From Terriglobia bacterium (GTDB taxonomy: Bacteria; Acidobacteriota; Terriglobia; UBA7540), in contig JBOGJY010000005.1 in the NCBI GenBank assembly GCA_050745325.1, forward strand, positions 1-41,730: a stretch of 41,730 bases of DNA, in the 5' to 3' direction. Below are positions 9,343-18,945 of this stretch, piece after piece. The notes under the pieces are model-generated. The model was given only the letters and a program-made list of their open reading frames with translations, was not told where the DNA came from and did no database searches. The first letter of the stretch is position 1, and every line of letters starts with the position of its first letter. Both the position numbers and the translations under genes were made by a program.

Positions 9343-10002
9343 GTGCCACAAACGAGCGAAACCTATTATAAGGCCGACTTTTGGAGCGAGGAAAACCTGA
9401 AGTATGCGCAGCCCCATTTTCGGATGGAAAAGGTTGCACGCCTCGTGAACCGTATCGCACGAGGAAGAGAATGCGACCTTCTTGACGTGGGATGCGGGCC
9501 GGCGACGCTGCGGCAACTGCTACACAACAATGTGGATTACTACGGGATCGATATCGCTATTCACAGGCCGGCCGCGAACCTTATCCAGACGGACTTTGTG
9601 GAAAGCCCGATCAAATTCGGCGAGAAGAAGTTCGACATTGTTTTAGCGCAGGGGGTTTTCGAATACATCGGGCGCGTTCAGGCTCAGAAGTTCTCTGAGA
9701 TCGCGCAGCTTTTGAAGGCGGAAGGTCGATTCATCGTCTCCTATGTAAACTTCGATCATCGAAGCACGTACATGTATTGGCCCTACAACAATGTCCAGTC
9801 ATTTGCCGATTTCCACCAGAGCCTGAAGCAACATTTTCACGTCCGCAGGTTTATCCCAACCTCCCACCGCTGGCATCATGATGAACCTAGGGCGCGCCTC
9901 ACGAAGGCTATTCAGATGCGAATCAATCTGAACATCCCCTTTATCACCCGCCGGTTAGCGGTGGAATATTTCTTCATCTGTTCGCCGCGGAAAAGTGGGT
10001 AG
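9343..10002 (+). CDS. Class I SAM-dependent methyltransferase
   Basis: LLDVGCGP, YYGID, FDIVLAQGVFEY. GTG 9343 lies 9 nt after GAGGAG; ORF extends to TTG 9304. Confidence 0.88.
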   Translation: MPQTSETYYKADFWSEENLKYAQPHFRMEKVARLVNRIARGRECDLLDVGCGPATLRQLLHNNVDYYGIDIAIHRPAANLIQTDFVESPIKFGEKKFDIVLAQGVFEYIGRVQAQKFSEIAQLLKAEGRFIVSYVNFDHRSTYMYWPYNNVQSFADFHQSLKQHFHVRRFIPTSHRWHHDEPRARLTKAIQMRINLNIPFITRRLAVEYFFICSPRKSG

Positions 10003-10049
10003 CGCAGGATTCGCCCTACCGAGCCGTGTCCTGACAATTTGTCCCCCAT

Positions 10050-10070
10050 CTACTGTCTGCCGTCTACCGT
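10050..10070. repeat. Short imperfect 7-mer tandem repeat (3 copies)
   Basis: CTACTGT CTGCCGT CTACCGT just upstream of the flippase ATG. Confidence 0.45.
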
Positions 10071-10075
10071 CCAAC

Positions 10076-11554
10076 ATGAAAGATTTGAAAGAAAAGACGA
10101 TTCGTGGAGGTTTTGCGAGACTCGGGGGGCAAGGGGCAGCGTTCGTTCTTCGCCTGGGCTCTCTGATGGTCTTGGCCCGGCTCCTGGCGCCGGCGGACTT
10201 CGGACTTGTAGGTATGGTCACCGCGATCACTGGAGTCTTGAATCTGTTGCGGGACTTTGGGCTTTCGGCTGCCGCAATTCAGCGCACGACTGTCACCGAG
10301 GATCAGATTTCAAACCTTTTCTGGATCAACCTATTGGTGGGCGCAGTGCTCGGGGTCCTATTGGTAGCGGCTGCGCCGGCGATCGCAGGCTTTTACCATG
10401 AGCCTCGGCTTGCTGCGGTGACGGCTGTACTGGCGTTCGGCTTCCTCTTCAACGCTGTAGGGGTGCAACACGGGGCAATTCTGACACGCCAAATGCGCTT
10501 TACCGCCCTGGCAATCATAAACACCGTAAGTTTGATCGTGGGTACTGCGATTGGAATTTGCGGGGCGCTGGCGGGCTACGGATATTGGGCCCTCGTGGCG
10601 ATGACGATCACATTTCCACTCGCCGCGAGCATTGGCTACTGGGTAGCCACAGCCTGGATTCCGGGACCGCCGCGTCGGCGAAGTGGAATCCGGTCGATGA
10701 TGCGTTTTGGCGGCACCCTTACTTTGAACGGCCTTGTCGTGTATATTGCCAGTAATTTTGAGAAGGTGCTGCTAGGCCGTTACTGGGGCGCTGATGCGAT
10801 TGGCATCTACGGCAGGGCGTATCAGCTTGTCAACATTCCAACGGCTAATCTGAATTCCGCCGCGGGCGAAGTGGCATTCTCTGCGCTGTCACGAGTTCAA
10901 GACGACCCCGGCCGCCTCAGGCGCTACTTTTTGACGGGTTACTCCCTGGTGCTGGCAATGACCATACCGCTAACGGTCTTGTGCGCGGTGTTTGCCGGCG
11001 ATGTGATTCTCGTTCTTCTCGGGCCAAAGTGGAAAGCGGCCGCCCCCATTTTTCGCCTACTGGCGCCGACAATCCTGGTGTTCGCCATAGCCAATCCATT
11101 GTCGTGGCTGCTCATGGCGCTTGGACTGGTCAACCGGAGTCTCAAGATGGGGCTCGTCATCGCTCCGATCATGATTGTGAGCTACCTTATCGCTCTGCCT
11201 TTCGGCCCGACGGGTGTCGCATTTGCCTACTCGGCAGTGATGGCGCTGTGGCTTATTCCGCTCATCGCGTGGTCCGTCCACGGCACGGCAGTCTCGTTTG
11301 GAGACATTCTGGTGACGGCGTACAAGCCGCTGGCGTCAGGCATTGTGGCGGGATCGCTCGCCTTCGGAGTGCGGCTGGTTTATGGCCAGTTGTTATCTCC
11401 TGTTCCGCGGCTGGCGCTGGAAAGTACGGTTCTTCTTGTGACCTTCGCTGTTGCTCTGTTGTTCGTCGCCGGACAGAAATCGCTTTATCTGGATCTCCTT
11501 CGCGGCCTGAAAAAGTCTTCATCGATTGATGAAAAGAGCTTGGTTTCGGCTTAG
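10076..11554 (+). CDS. wzx: Wzx-type polysaccharide flippase (WzxC-like)
   Basis: MKDLKEKTIRG...VLARLLAPADFGLVGM...DFGLSAAAIQ, LLGPKW, many TM helices. ATG 10076 matches the usual family N-terminus. Confidence 0.92.
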   Translation: MKDLKEKTIRGGFARLGGQGAAFVLRLGSLMVLARLLAPADFGLVGMVTAITGVLNLLRDFGLSAAAIQRTTVTEDQISNLFWINLLVGAVLGVLLVAAAPAIAGFYHEPRLAAVTAVLAFGFLFNAVGVQHGAILTRQMRFTALAIINTVSLIVGTAIGICGALAGYGYWALVAMTITFPLAASIGYWVATAWIPGPPRRRSGIRSMMRFGGTLTLNGLVVYIASNFEKVLLGRYWGADAIGIYGRAYQLVNIPTANLNSAAGEVAFSALSRVQDDPGRLRRYFLTGYSLVLAMTIPLTVLCAVFAGDVILVLLGPKWKAAAPIFRLLAPTILVFAIANPLSWLLMALGLVNRSLKMGLVIAPIMIVSYLIALPFGPTGVAFAYSAVMALWLIPLIAWSVHGTAVSFGDILVTAYKPLASGIVAGSLAFGVRLVYGQLLSPVPRLALESTVLLVTFAVALLFVAGQKSLYLDLLRGLKKSSSIDEKSLVSA

Positions 11555-11730
11555 TGCACTAGCGATCGTCGCCGTCTGCGAGCTGACTTCGCCATCTGCG
11601 TGGCAGCGCAAAACACGTATGCAGTATCGCCCGGACAACAGTTAATTGAATAATCGTCATTCGAGCTTCCATCGACTATGCGTGAGGAGGACTCCTGCAA
11701 TGTTCGGTTCGGCTGTGTGGCAATACCAAG

Positions 11731-12504
11731 TTGAGAGCTGTCAAAGGGGCTGAGGTGGGTTGCGATGAAATCCGGGAGGCCGGGCCGCTCGACGGACGTA
11801 TTGCCGTAGTCACCGGGGCGAGCAGCGGGATCGGCCGGGCCATTGGTGTTGCATTATCGCGTGAAGGCGCGCTCCTGTATGCAGTGGGAAGAAATCACGA
11901 GGCCCTGACCGAGACGGTTTCGGCGGCGCGGCAGTTCTCACAAGCAAGCGCCTTTGAAATTGACCTCACTGTGGAAGAGAACCTCCAACCGCTTCTTCGG
12001 CGCCTGGAAGAAGCCCGTAAGCTCGACATTCTCATTCACTGCGCGGGAGTCATTCATACGGATCGGATGGAGAGCGCGCGTATCGAGGACCTCGATTCTC
12101 AATATGCCACCAACGTCCGTGCGCCTTATCTGCTTACGCAGCGCCTGCTGCCACTGTTGACGGCTGCGCGCGGGCAGATCGTATTTATCAACTCCAGCGT
12201 AGGTTTAACGGCAAAACAAGCCGAATTAGGTCAATACGGCGCCTCAAAACACGCTTTGAAGGCAATCGCCGACAGCCTGCGTGAGGAGTTGAATCCGAAA
12301 GGCGTCAGGGTGCTCTCGGTATACCCTGGGCGAACCGCAACACCGATGCAGGAAGCCCTGTGCCGGCAAGAAGGGAATGTGTACCACCCGGAACTACTTC
12401 TGCAGCCGGAAGACGTGGCTTCGGTGGTCGTTCAGATGCTGATGCTCCCTCCGACGGCCGAAGTAACGGAGATCAGCATGAGGCCGATGCAAAAATCGTA
12501 TTAG
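11731..12504 (+). CDS. Classical SDR family oxidoreductase
   Basis: VTGASSGIG, HCAG, NSS, YGASK, YPGRTATPM. Start uncertain (TTG 11731 or GTG 11755). Confidence 0.92.
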   Translation: MRAVKGAEVGCDEIREAGPLDGRIAVVTGASSGIGRAIGVALSREGALLYAVGRNHEALTETVSAARQFSQASAFEIDLTVEENLQPLLRRLEEARKLDILIHCAGVIHTDRMESARIEDLDSQYATNVRAPYLLTQRLLPLLTAARGQIVFINSSVGLTAKQAELGQYGASKHALKAIADSLREELNPKGVRVLSVYPGRTATPMQEALCRQEGNVYHPELLLQPEDVASVVVQMLMLPPTAEVTEISMRPMQKSY

Positions 12505-12576
12505 CTGCCGACGCCGGCCAACCATTAGCCAAGAACCCCCTCTCGCGCCGTAAGCCTGTTTGGAAGAATCCCTGCA

Positions 12577-15500
12577 ATGACCGATCAAGACAATAAACTT
12601 GGAAGAACTATGAAACAGCTTTTGGTCCATGACCGGCTTCGACATGGCAAGCGTGCGTCCCTCGTGGTCTTAGCCGCTGTGGCGCTTGCCATCGGTCTGC
12701 ATCCGGCCGCCTTGTTTGCCGCGCCAACCATTAGCTACGTGCAGGGCAATTACGCGACGCCCCAAACGGCCCAGACTACAGTGACAATCCCCTTCACCGC
12801 CGCACAAGCCGCCGGTGATCTCAACGTTGTCGTCGTCGGCTGGAACAACACCACTGCCGCCGTCAGTTCGGTCGCGGACAAGAGCGGGAACGCGTACATG
12901 CTGGCGGTCGGACCGACGCTCGTCACCGGCGCCTTATCGCAGTCCATTTATTACGCCAAGAACATCGCGGCGGCGGCAGCAGGAGCGAACTCAGTGACGG
13001 TGACCTTCTCGAAGGCCGCGGCGTACCCCGACATTCGGATTCTAGAATACAGCGGAGCGGATCCGAGCAACCCAGTCGATGTCACCGCCGCCAGCAGTGG
13101 CAGTAGCGCCACGAGCACCAGCGGCGCCGCCATCACAACTAACCCGACGGATCTGATCTTTGGCGCCAACATTGTTACGACCACAACTAGCGGTCCGGGC
13201 AGCGGCTTTGCCCAAAGACTGCTCACGGCGCCGGATGGCGACCTTGCGGAAGACCACATGATCACCGCGGTGGGGAGCTATGCCGCTACCGCGTCTCTTG
13301 GTTCATCCGGACTGTGGATCATGCAGATGGTCGCTTTCCGCACCCCAGTTTTGACGGCAGGGAGTTTCACACTTTCAGTCTCGCCGGTTGCGGTGAGCGT
13401 CACGCAAGGGAATCAGGGAACATCGACAATTACGACTACGGTGAGCGGCGGTTTCAACAGTTCGATCGGTTTGTCGGCTTCGGGTGTGCCCTCCGGAACG
13501 ACGGTGAGTTTCAATCCAAGCACGATTGCAGCGCCGGGTACGGGTAACTCGACGATGACGATCACGGTAGGGTCGAGCACACCAGCGGGAACGTATCCCA
13601 TCACTGTGACTGCGAATGGCGGGGGGGCCCAGCAAAACGCCACCGTCACGATGACCGTGACCGCGACGCCCAATTTCACGCTCTCGGTCTCACCTAGTTC
13701 CCTCAGCGTTACGCCAGGAAATCAGGGGACCTCCACGATCACCACCAGTGTAAGTGGTGGTTTCAGCAACCCGATTAGTCTGTCAGCTTCGGGTGCGCCC
13801 TCCGGCGCGACGGTGAGCTTTAATCCGAGCACAATTGCGGCGCCGGGTGTAGGTAACTCAACGCTGACTATCACGGTGGGGTCTAGCACGCCCGTTGGAA
13901 CGTATCCCATCACAGTGACTGGGAATGGCGGAGGGGTCCAGCAAAACGCCACTGTCATTTTGACGGTCGTGACGGCATCAACTGCGATCACCTACGTACA
14001 GGGCAATTACTCGACGCCCCAAACGGCCCAGAGCACGGTAACGATCCCCTTCACCGCCGCGCAGACCACGGGCGACCTGAACGTTATCGTAGTCGGGTGG
14101 AACGACACCACCACTACAGTCAGCACGGTTGCCGACAAGAGCGGCAACGCGTACGCGCTGGCGGTGGGTCCAACAATCATCGGCGGCGCTCTGTCGCAGT
14201 CCATTTATTACGCCAAGAACATCGCGGGGGCGGCGGCGGGAGCCAATACGGTCACGGTGACCTTTTCGAAGGCGGCGGCGTACCCCGACATTCGAATTTT
14301 AGAGTACAGCGGAGCGGACCCGAACAATCCGGTGGATGTGACGGCCGCCGGCAGCGGTAGCGGTACGACGAGCAGCAGCGGGTCAGCGACCACAACCAAC
14401 GCGACGGACCTGATCCTAGGGGCGAATATTGTCACGAGCATAACCAGCGGACTGGGCAGCGGCTTTACGAAGCGATTGCTCACGTCGCCGGATGGCGACA
14501 TTGCGGAAGATGAAATGGCAACAGCGGCGGGGACCTATAGCGCCACCGCATCTCTAGGTTCATCCGGACTGTGGATCATGCAGATGGTCGCTTTCCGTAC
14601 CCCCTCATCGGGGGGAATTCTGCCGCCGACGGCGCCCGGTAACCTGACGGCGCCGGCAGCAAGTGCAAGCCAGATTAACTTGAGCTGGACGGCCTCGACG
14701 AGTAGTGTGGGAATCGCAAATTATCTGGTTGAGAGGTGCCAGAGTGCGGGTTGCATAAACTTTGTACAGATCGCGAGCCCGGCGAGCACAACATACAATG
14801 ACACGGGTTTGACGGGGGCAACCAGCTACAGCTATCGGGTGCGAGCGGTCGATACCGCGAACAACCTTAGTCTATATTCAAACATCGCGACAGCCTTGAC
14901 TCCCACCTCGGGGACCCCGACGGCTCCCGCGAATGTGGTAGCCGTTGCCGGAGGCGGCCCTGGCCCGACCGTGGCCGCTGTCCAGAGCTACATCAATTCG
15001 ACATACCTAACGTCCCATACGGCCGCGGCATTCGACAGCACAGGCGCGGATTTGATCGTACTGTGCGCGTCCTCCCATGCTGGCGTCAACTTTACTCCGA
15101 GCGACAACTTGGGCAACGTCTGGATTCCAATCGCCGGGCCGACGAATACCAGTGTGGGCTTCGATCTACGGACGGAGGTGTGGTACGTACGGAATCCCAT
15201 CGTGGGACCGGGTCATACGGTCAACATGGGTCTTTCCTTCGCACAGCCTCTGGTGATGTCGATTTTCGCCGTAAAAGGTTCCAATCTTTCCTCGCCGGTC
15301 GACGCTGTGTCCTTGATCGGTAGCGATAACGGAACCTCAACCCAAAGCGTTGCCAGCCCCAGCATCATAGCTTCGGGCATCAGCGAATTGCTGATGGCTT
15401 TCGCGAAGGTTTCTGCGGGCGCCGTTTTCCAATCCGGCCCAGGTTTTACACAACAACCGGCGGCATCGTCGAACTTCCTCGACGCGGAGACAAACACGGA

Positions 15501-18500
15501 GGCGGCCCCGGGAACCTATAACGCGACCTTCACCATCGACAGTCCGCAGACCTGGCAGTCGGTAGTCGTGGCTGCAGCGAACAACCCTAACGAGGCGAAT
15601 TTGACGTGGATAGCATCGACGGAGACTGGTGGAACAATCAGCAGCTATCTGGTGGAGCGCTGCCAAGGCGCTGGTTGCTCGAACTTTACCCAGATTGGTA
15701 CCACAGCAAACACAACGTTCAACGACATCGGGCTGACACCATCCACAAGTTACAGCTACCGCGTTCGAGCCCAGGACGCAGCAGGCACGCAGGGGCCTTA
15801 CTCAGGTGTCGTCACCATCGCAACACCTGCCCCGATCCCCTCATTGCCAGGCAATCTAACGGCCACAGCGGCGTCCAGCACGCAGGTCAATCTCTCGTGG
15901 ATAGCAGCAGCGGAAACGGGTGGAACAGTCAGCAGTTACCTAGTGGATCGCTGCCAGGGCGCCGGCTGCACGAGCTTCACCCAGATCGGTAGTTCGGCTG
16001 CTACTACGTTCGGCGATACAACCGCAACGGGTTCCACCAGTTATAGTTATCGCGTTCGAGCGATGGATGCAGCAAGCCATTTCAGTCCATACTCAAACGT
16101 GGCGAGTGCGACCACGTCGACAATTCTAGATACGCAGCCGCCGACGGCGCCCAGCGGTTTGGCGGCCGCTGCGAGCACAAACCAGATCAATCTGAGTTGG
16201 AGCGCGTCGACAGACAACGTTGCGGTGACAGGGTATTTATTAGAGCGCTGCCAAGGAATTGGATGTACAACCTTTGCCCAGATTGCCACGCCGACGGGCA
16301 CTACTTATGACGATAGCGGCTTGACGGTGGGAACCACTTACAGCTATCGAGTTCGGGCCACGGATGCGGCTGGCAACCTGAGCCCATACTCCAACGTGGC
16401 CGCTGCGACCACATATTCAACGTCCACAACCGTCGGCTATGTGCAAGGCAACTCCGCCACACCGCAAACGGCCGAGACCGCGGTGACGGTCCTCTTCACC
16501 GCCGCGCAGACCACGGGCGACCTGAACGTTGTCGTAGTCGGGTGGAACGACACCACCACTACAGTCAGCACTGTTACCGACAAGAGCGGAAACGCGTATG
16601 CGCTGGCGGTGGGTCCAACAATCATCGGCGGCGCCCTGTCGCAGTCCATTTACTACGCCAAGAACATCGCGGCTGCGGCCGCAGGAGCCAACACGGTCAC
16701 GGTAACCTTCTCGAAGGCCGCGGCGTATCCCGACATTCGAATTTTAGAGTACAGCGGAGCGGACCCGAACAATCCGGTCGATGTCACTGCCGCGGGCACT
16801 GGCAGCGGCGCCACCAGCAGCAGCTCGGCGACCACGACCAGCCCGGCGGACTTGATCTTTGGCGCCAATATTGTGACGAGCTTAACCTCCGGGCCAGGCA
16901 GCGGCTTCACCGAACGACTGCTCACCTCACCGGACGGAGATATCGCGGAAGACGAGATAGCGACCACGACAGGGAACTATTCCGCCACCGCGCCCCTCTC
17001 ATCCGGAACGTGGATAATGCAGATGGTCGCTTTCCGCACGGCGGCAGGCGCTACGTCAACACTTTCGATCTCTCCGCGCGCCACGGTGTTAACGTTTACC
17101 CAGACACAACAGTTCACAACAACCGGCGGAACGGGGACTGTCACGTGGTCGGTTGACGGCGTGATTGGCGGCTCTTCGTCCTCAGGGACGATCACGACGA
17201 CAGGCCTCTATACATCTCCTAACGGCGTCGGCAGCCACATTGTGACTGCGGCCATAGGAGAGATGCAGCCGGCAAATGCGACGGTATACGTCAGCAACTA
17301 TGCCGGTACCTTTACGTACCATAATGACAATCTTCGAACCGGGCAAAACCTCAACGAAACCGTGTTAACACTCGCCGATGTTAACCAGGCCCAATTTGGA
17401 AAGCTCTTCTCGTATTCATTGGATGGGATTGGGTTTGCGTCGCCACTCTACGTGGCAAATGTCAGCATTCCCGGGAACGGTTACCACAACGTAGTGTATG
17501 TGGCAACGGAACACGATAGCGTCTACGCTTTCGATGCCGACGGACGCAGCAGCGCTCCACTTTGGCATGTGGATTTTCTCAGCTCCGGCGCTACCCCGGT
17601 TCCTTGTGGCGACACGGGCGAATGTGGCGACATTCCCACGGAAATTGGGATCACGGGCACGCCCGTCATCGATCAGGCCAGCGGAACAATGTATCTCATT
17701 GCGAAGACTAAGGAGGGCACGCAATACGTGCAGCGGCTGCACGCCATTGACATCGCGACTGGCGCCGAGAAGTTCGGCGGTCCCGTCGTGCTTCAAGGAA
17801 GTGTGCCAGGGACAGGTGATGGATCGTCAGGCGGCAAGGTGGCCTTCAACCCTCTTAGAGAGAATCAACGGCCCGGGCTGCTCCTGAACAATGGCGTGGT
17901 GTATCTCGCGTTTGGATCGCACGGTGATAATTCGCCGTATCACGGCTGGGTCATGGGATACAATGCAACGACTCTCCAACAGGTAATGATCTACAACGTA
18001 ACGCCTAATGGCTCCGACGGGGGGATATGGCAGGGTGGTGGAGGACTGGCTGTGGACGCCGACGGGAATATCTATTTCTCGACGAGTAATGGGACCTTCG
18101 ATGTTAATACGGGCGGCATCGACTATGGCGACAGCATCGAGAAGCTTACTCTGAGTGGCAGCGTAGCCGATTACTTTACTCCCCATGACCAGTCAAACAT
18201 GTCTTCGAATAATCTCGATTTAGGGGCTGGCGGGCCGACGCTACTGGTTGATCAAACCAGCGGCCCCTACCCGCATTTGCTAATCGCCTCCGGCAAAACC
18301 GGCACGATCTACGTAATTAATCGAGACAACATGGGACACTACAACCCAAATAATGACAACCAGATTGTGCAATCCTTGGTGGGTGCGTTGGCAAATGGAG
18401 GTCCGGAAGAAGGAAACTACAGCACCCCGGTCTATTTCAATGGCTATATCTATTTCGCCGCGGTGAACGATACCTTGAAGGCGTTTCGATTGAGCAATGG

Positions 18501-18825
18501 TTTGCTATCTGCGTCCCCGACCTCTCAGTCCACAGTGATTTTCCCGTGTCGCGGCGGCTCGTTTGCAATCTCGGCCAATGGCGCCACGAATGGGATACTG
18601 TGGGCCGTACGGAATTTGGGAGATCCTAACAACGACGCCACCATTCCAGGCGTGCTCATCGCTTATGATGCGACCGATCTTACCCATGAACTGTACGATA
18701 GCAGTCAAGCTGGGAGTCGCGACACCATGGACTATCCCGCGAAGTTTGCAATTCCTCTTGTAGCTAACGGGAAGGTGTTTGTCGCCGGCCAGACACAACT
18801 CATTGTCTACGGACTTTTGCCTTAA
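12577..18825 (+). CDS. Large secreted modular protein: three ~204-aa beta-rich repeats plus one diverged copy, Ig-like domains, four FN3 domains, C-terminal PQQ-like beta-propeller region
   Basis: Signal-like LVVLAAVALAIGLHPAALFA. Repeats YVQGN...WIMQMVAFRT at 12730-13344, 13987-14601 and 16432-17040. Two FTLSVSP...GTYPITVT Ig-like units. FN3 motifs (NLSW...YSYRVRA). TYHNDNLRTGQN...FGKLFSY...VYVATEHDSVYAFDAD propeller region. Confidence 0.88.
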   Translation: MTDQDNKLGRTMKQLLVHDRLRHGKRASLVVLAAVALAIGLHPAALFAAPTISYVQGNYATPQTAQTTVTIPFTAAQAAGDLNVVVVGWNNTTAAVSSVADKSGNAYMLAVGPTLVTGALSQSIYYAKNIAAAAAGANSVTVTFSKAAAYPDIRILEYSGADPSNPVDVTAASSGSSATSTSGAAITTNPTDLIFGANIVTTTTSGPGSGFAQRLLTAPDGDLAEDHMITAVGSYAATASLGSSGLWIMQMVAFRTPVLTAGSFTLSVSPVAVSVTQGNQGTSTITTTVSGGFNSSIGLSASGVPSGTTVSFNPSTIAAPGTGNSTMTITVGSSTPAGTYPITVTANGGGAQQNATVTMTVTATPNFTLSVSPSSLSVTPGNQGTSTITTSVSGGFSNPISLSASGAPSGATVSFNPSTIAAPGVGNSTLTITVGSSTPVGTYPITVTGNGGGVQQNATVILTVVTASTAITYVQGNYSTPQTAQSTVTIPFTAAQTTGDLNVIVVGWNDTTTTVSTVADKSGNAYALAVGPTIIGGALSQSIYYAKNIAGAAAGANTVTVTFSKAAAYPDIRILEYSGADPNNPVDVTAAGSGSGTTSSSGSATTTNATDLILGANIVTSITSGLGSGFTKRLLTSPDGDIAEDEMATAAGTYSATASLGSSGLWIMQMVAFRTPSSGGILPPTAPGNLTAPAASASQINLSWTASTSSVGIANYLVERCQSAGCINFVQIASPASTTYNDTGLTGATSYSYRVRAVDTANNLSLYSNIATALTPTSGTPTAPANVVAVAGGGPGPTVAAVQSYINSTYLTSHTAAAFDSTGADLIVLCASSHAGVNFTPSDNLGNVWIPIAGPTNTSVGFDLRTEVWYVRNPIVGPGHTVNMGLSFAQPLVMSIFAVKGSNLSSPVDAVSLIGSDNGTSTQSVASPSIIASGISELLMAFAKVSAGAVFQSGPGFTQQPAASSNFLDAETNTEAAPGTYNATFTIDSPQTWQSVVVAAANNPNEANLTWIASTETGGTISSYLVERCQGAGCSNFTQIGTTANTTFNDIGLTPSTSYSYRVRAQDAAGTQGPYSGVVTIATPAPIPSLPGNLTATAASSTQVNLSWIAAAETGGTVSSYLVDRCQGAGCTSFTQIGSSAATTFGDTTATGSTSYSYRVRAMDAASHFSPYSNVASATTSTILDTQPPTAPSGLAAAASTNQINLSWSASTDNVAVTGYLLERCQGIGCTTFAQIATPTGTTYDDSGLTVGTTYSYRVRATDAAGNLSPYSNVAAATTYSTSTTVGYVQGNSATPQTAETAVTVLFTAAQTTGDLNVVVVGWNDTTTTVSTVTDKSGNAYALAVGPTIIGGALSQSIYYAKNIAAAAAGANTVTVTFSKAAAYPDIRILEYSGADPNNPVDVTAAGTGSGATSSSSATTTSPADLIFGANIVTSLTSGPGSGFTERLLTSPDGDIAEDEIATTTGNYSATAPLSSGTWIMQMVAFRTAAGATSTLSISPRATVLTFTQTQQFTTTGGTGTVTWSVDGVIGGSSSSGTITTTGLYTSPNGVGSHIVTAAIGEMQPANATVYVSNYAGTFTYHNDNLRTGQNLNETVLTLADVNQAQFGKLFSYSLDGIGFASPLYVANVSIPGNGYHNVVYVATEHDSVYAFDADGRSSAPLWHVDFLSSGATPVPCGDTGECGDIPTEIGITGTPVIDQASGTMYLIAKTKEGTQYVQRLHAIDIATGAEKFGGPVVLQGSVPGTGDGSSGGKVAFNPLRENQRPGLLLNNGVVYLAFGSHGDNSPYHGWVMGYNATTLQQVMIYNVTPNGSDGGIWQGGGGLAVDADGNIYFSTSNGTFDVNTGGIDYGDSIEKLTLSGSVADYFTPHDQSNMSSNNLDLGAGGPTLLVDQTSGPYPHLLIASGKTGTIYVINRDNMGHYNPNNDNQIVQSLVGALANGGPEEGNYSTPVYFNGYIYFAAVNDTLKAFRLSNGLLSASPTSQSTVIFPCRGGSFAISANGATNGILWAVRNLGDPNNDATIPGVLIAYDATDLTHELYDSSQAGSRDTMDYPAKFAIPLVANGKVFVAGQTQLIVYGLLP

Positions 18826-18945
18826 GGGTGCGCGATAACTCTGGACACATAATGATACGACTCATTTTTGAGGAGGGGCGCTAACTAGAACCAGAGCGCA
18901 ACGGGCAGCGGACCCTTCCCCACCCCAAACCACATCCTCTTCATC

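Noticed and set aside
9998..10020. GGTAG...CTACC as a third GTAG REP
   Set aside because: Stem is short and imperfect; cannot be told from chance.
12730..17040. Repeats as a CRISPR array or DGR template/variable pair
   Set aside because: Repeats are long, in-frame protein modules with mostly synonymous differences. No spacers, cas or reverse transcriptase genes are present, and no adenine-specific variation was seen.
12750..17195. Recurring antisense ORFs (MDCD..., also on + at 38768)
   Set aside because: They recur only because the sense-strand modules are repeated.
18839..18910. Resemblance to a c-di-GMP-II riboswitch (GGACAC..ATGAT...GGGCGCT...AGCGCAAC)
   Set aside because: The P2/P3 partner strands and kink-turn half are not found in the required order; only a short GCGCT/AGCGC stem is supported. 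An Rfam scan would settle it.
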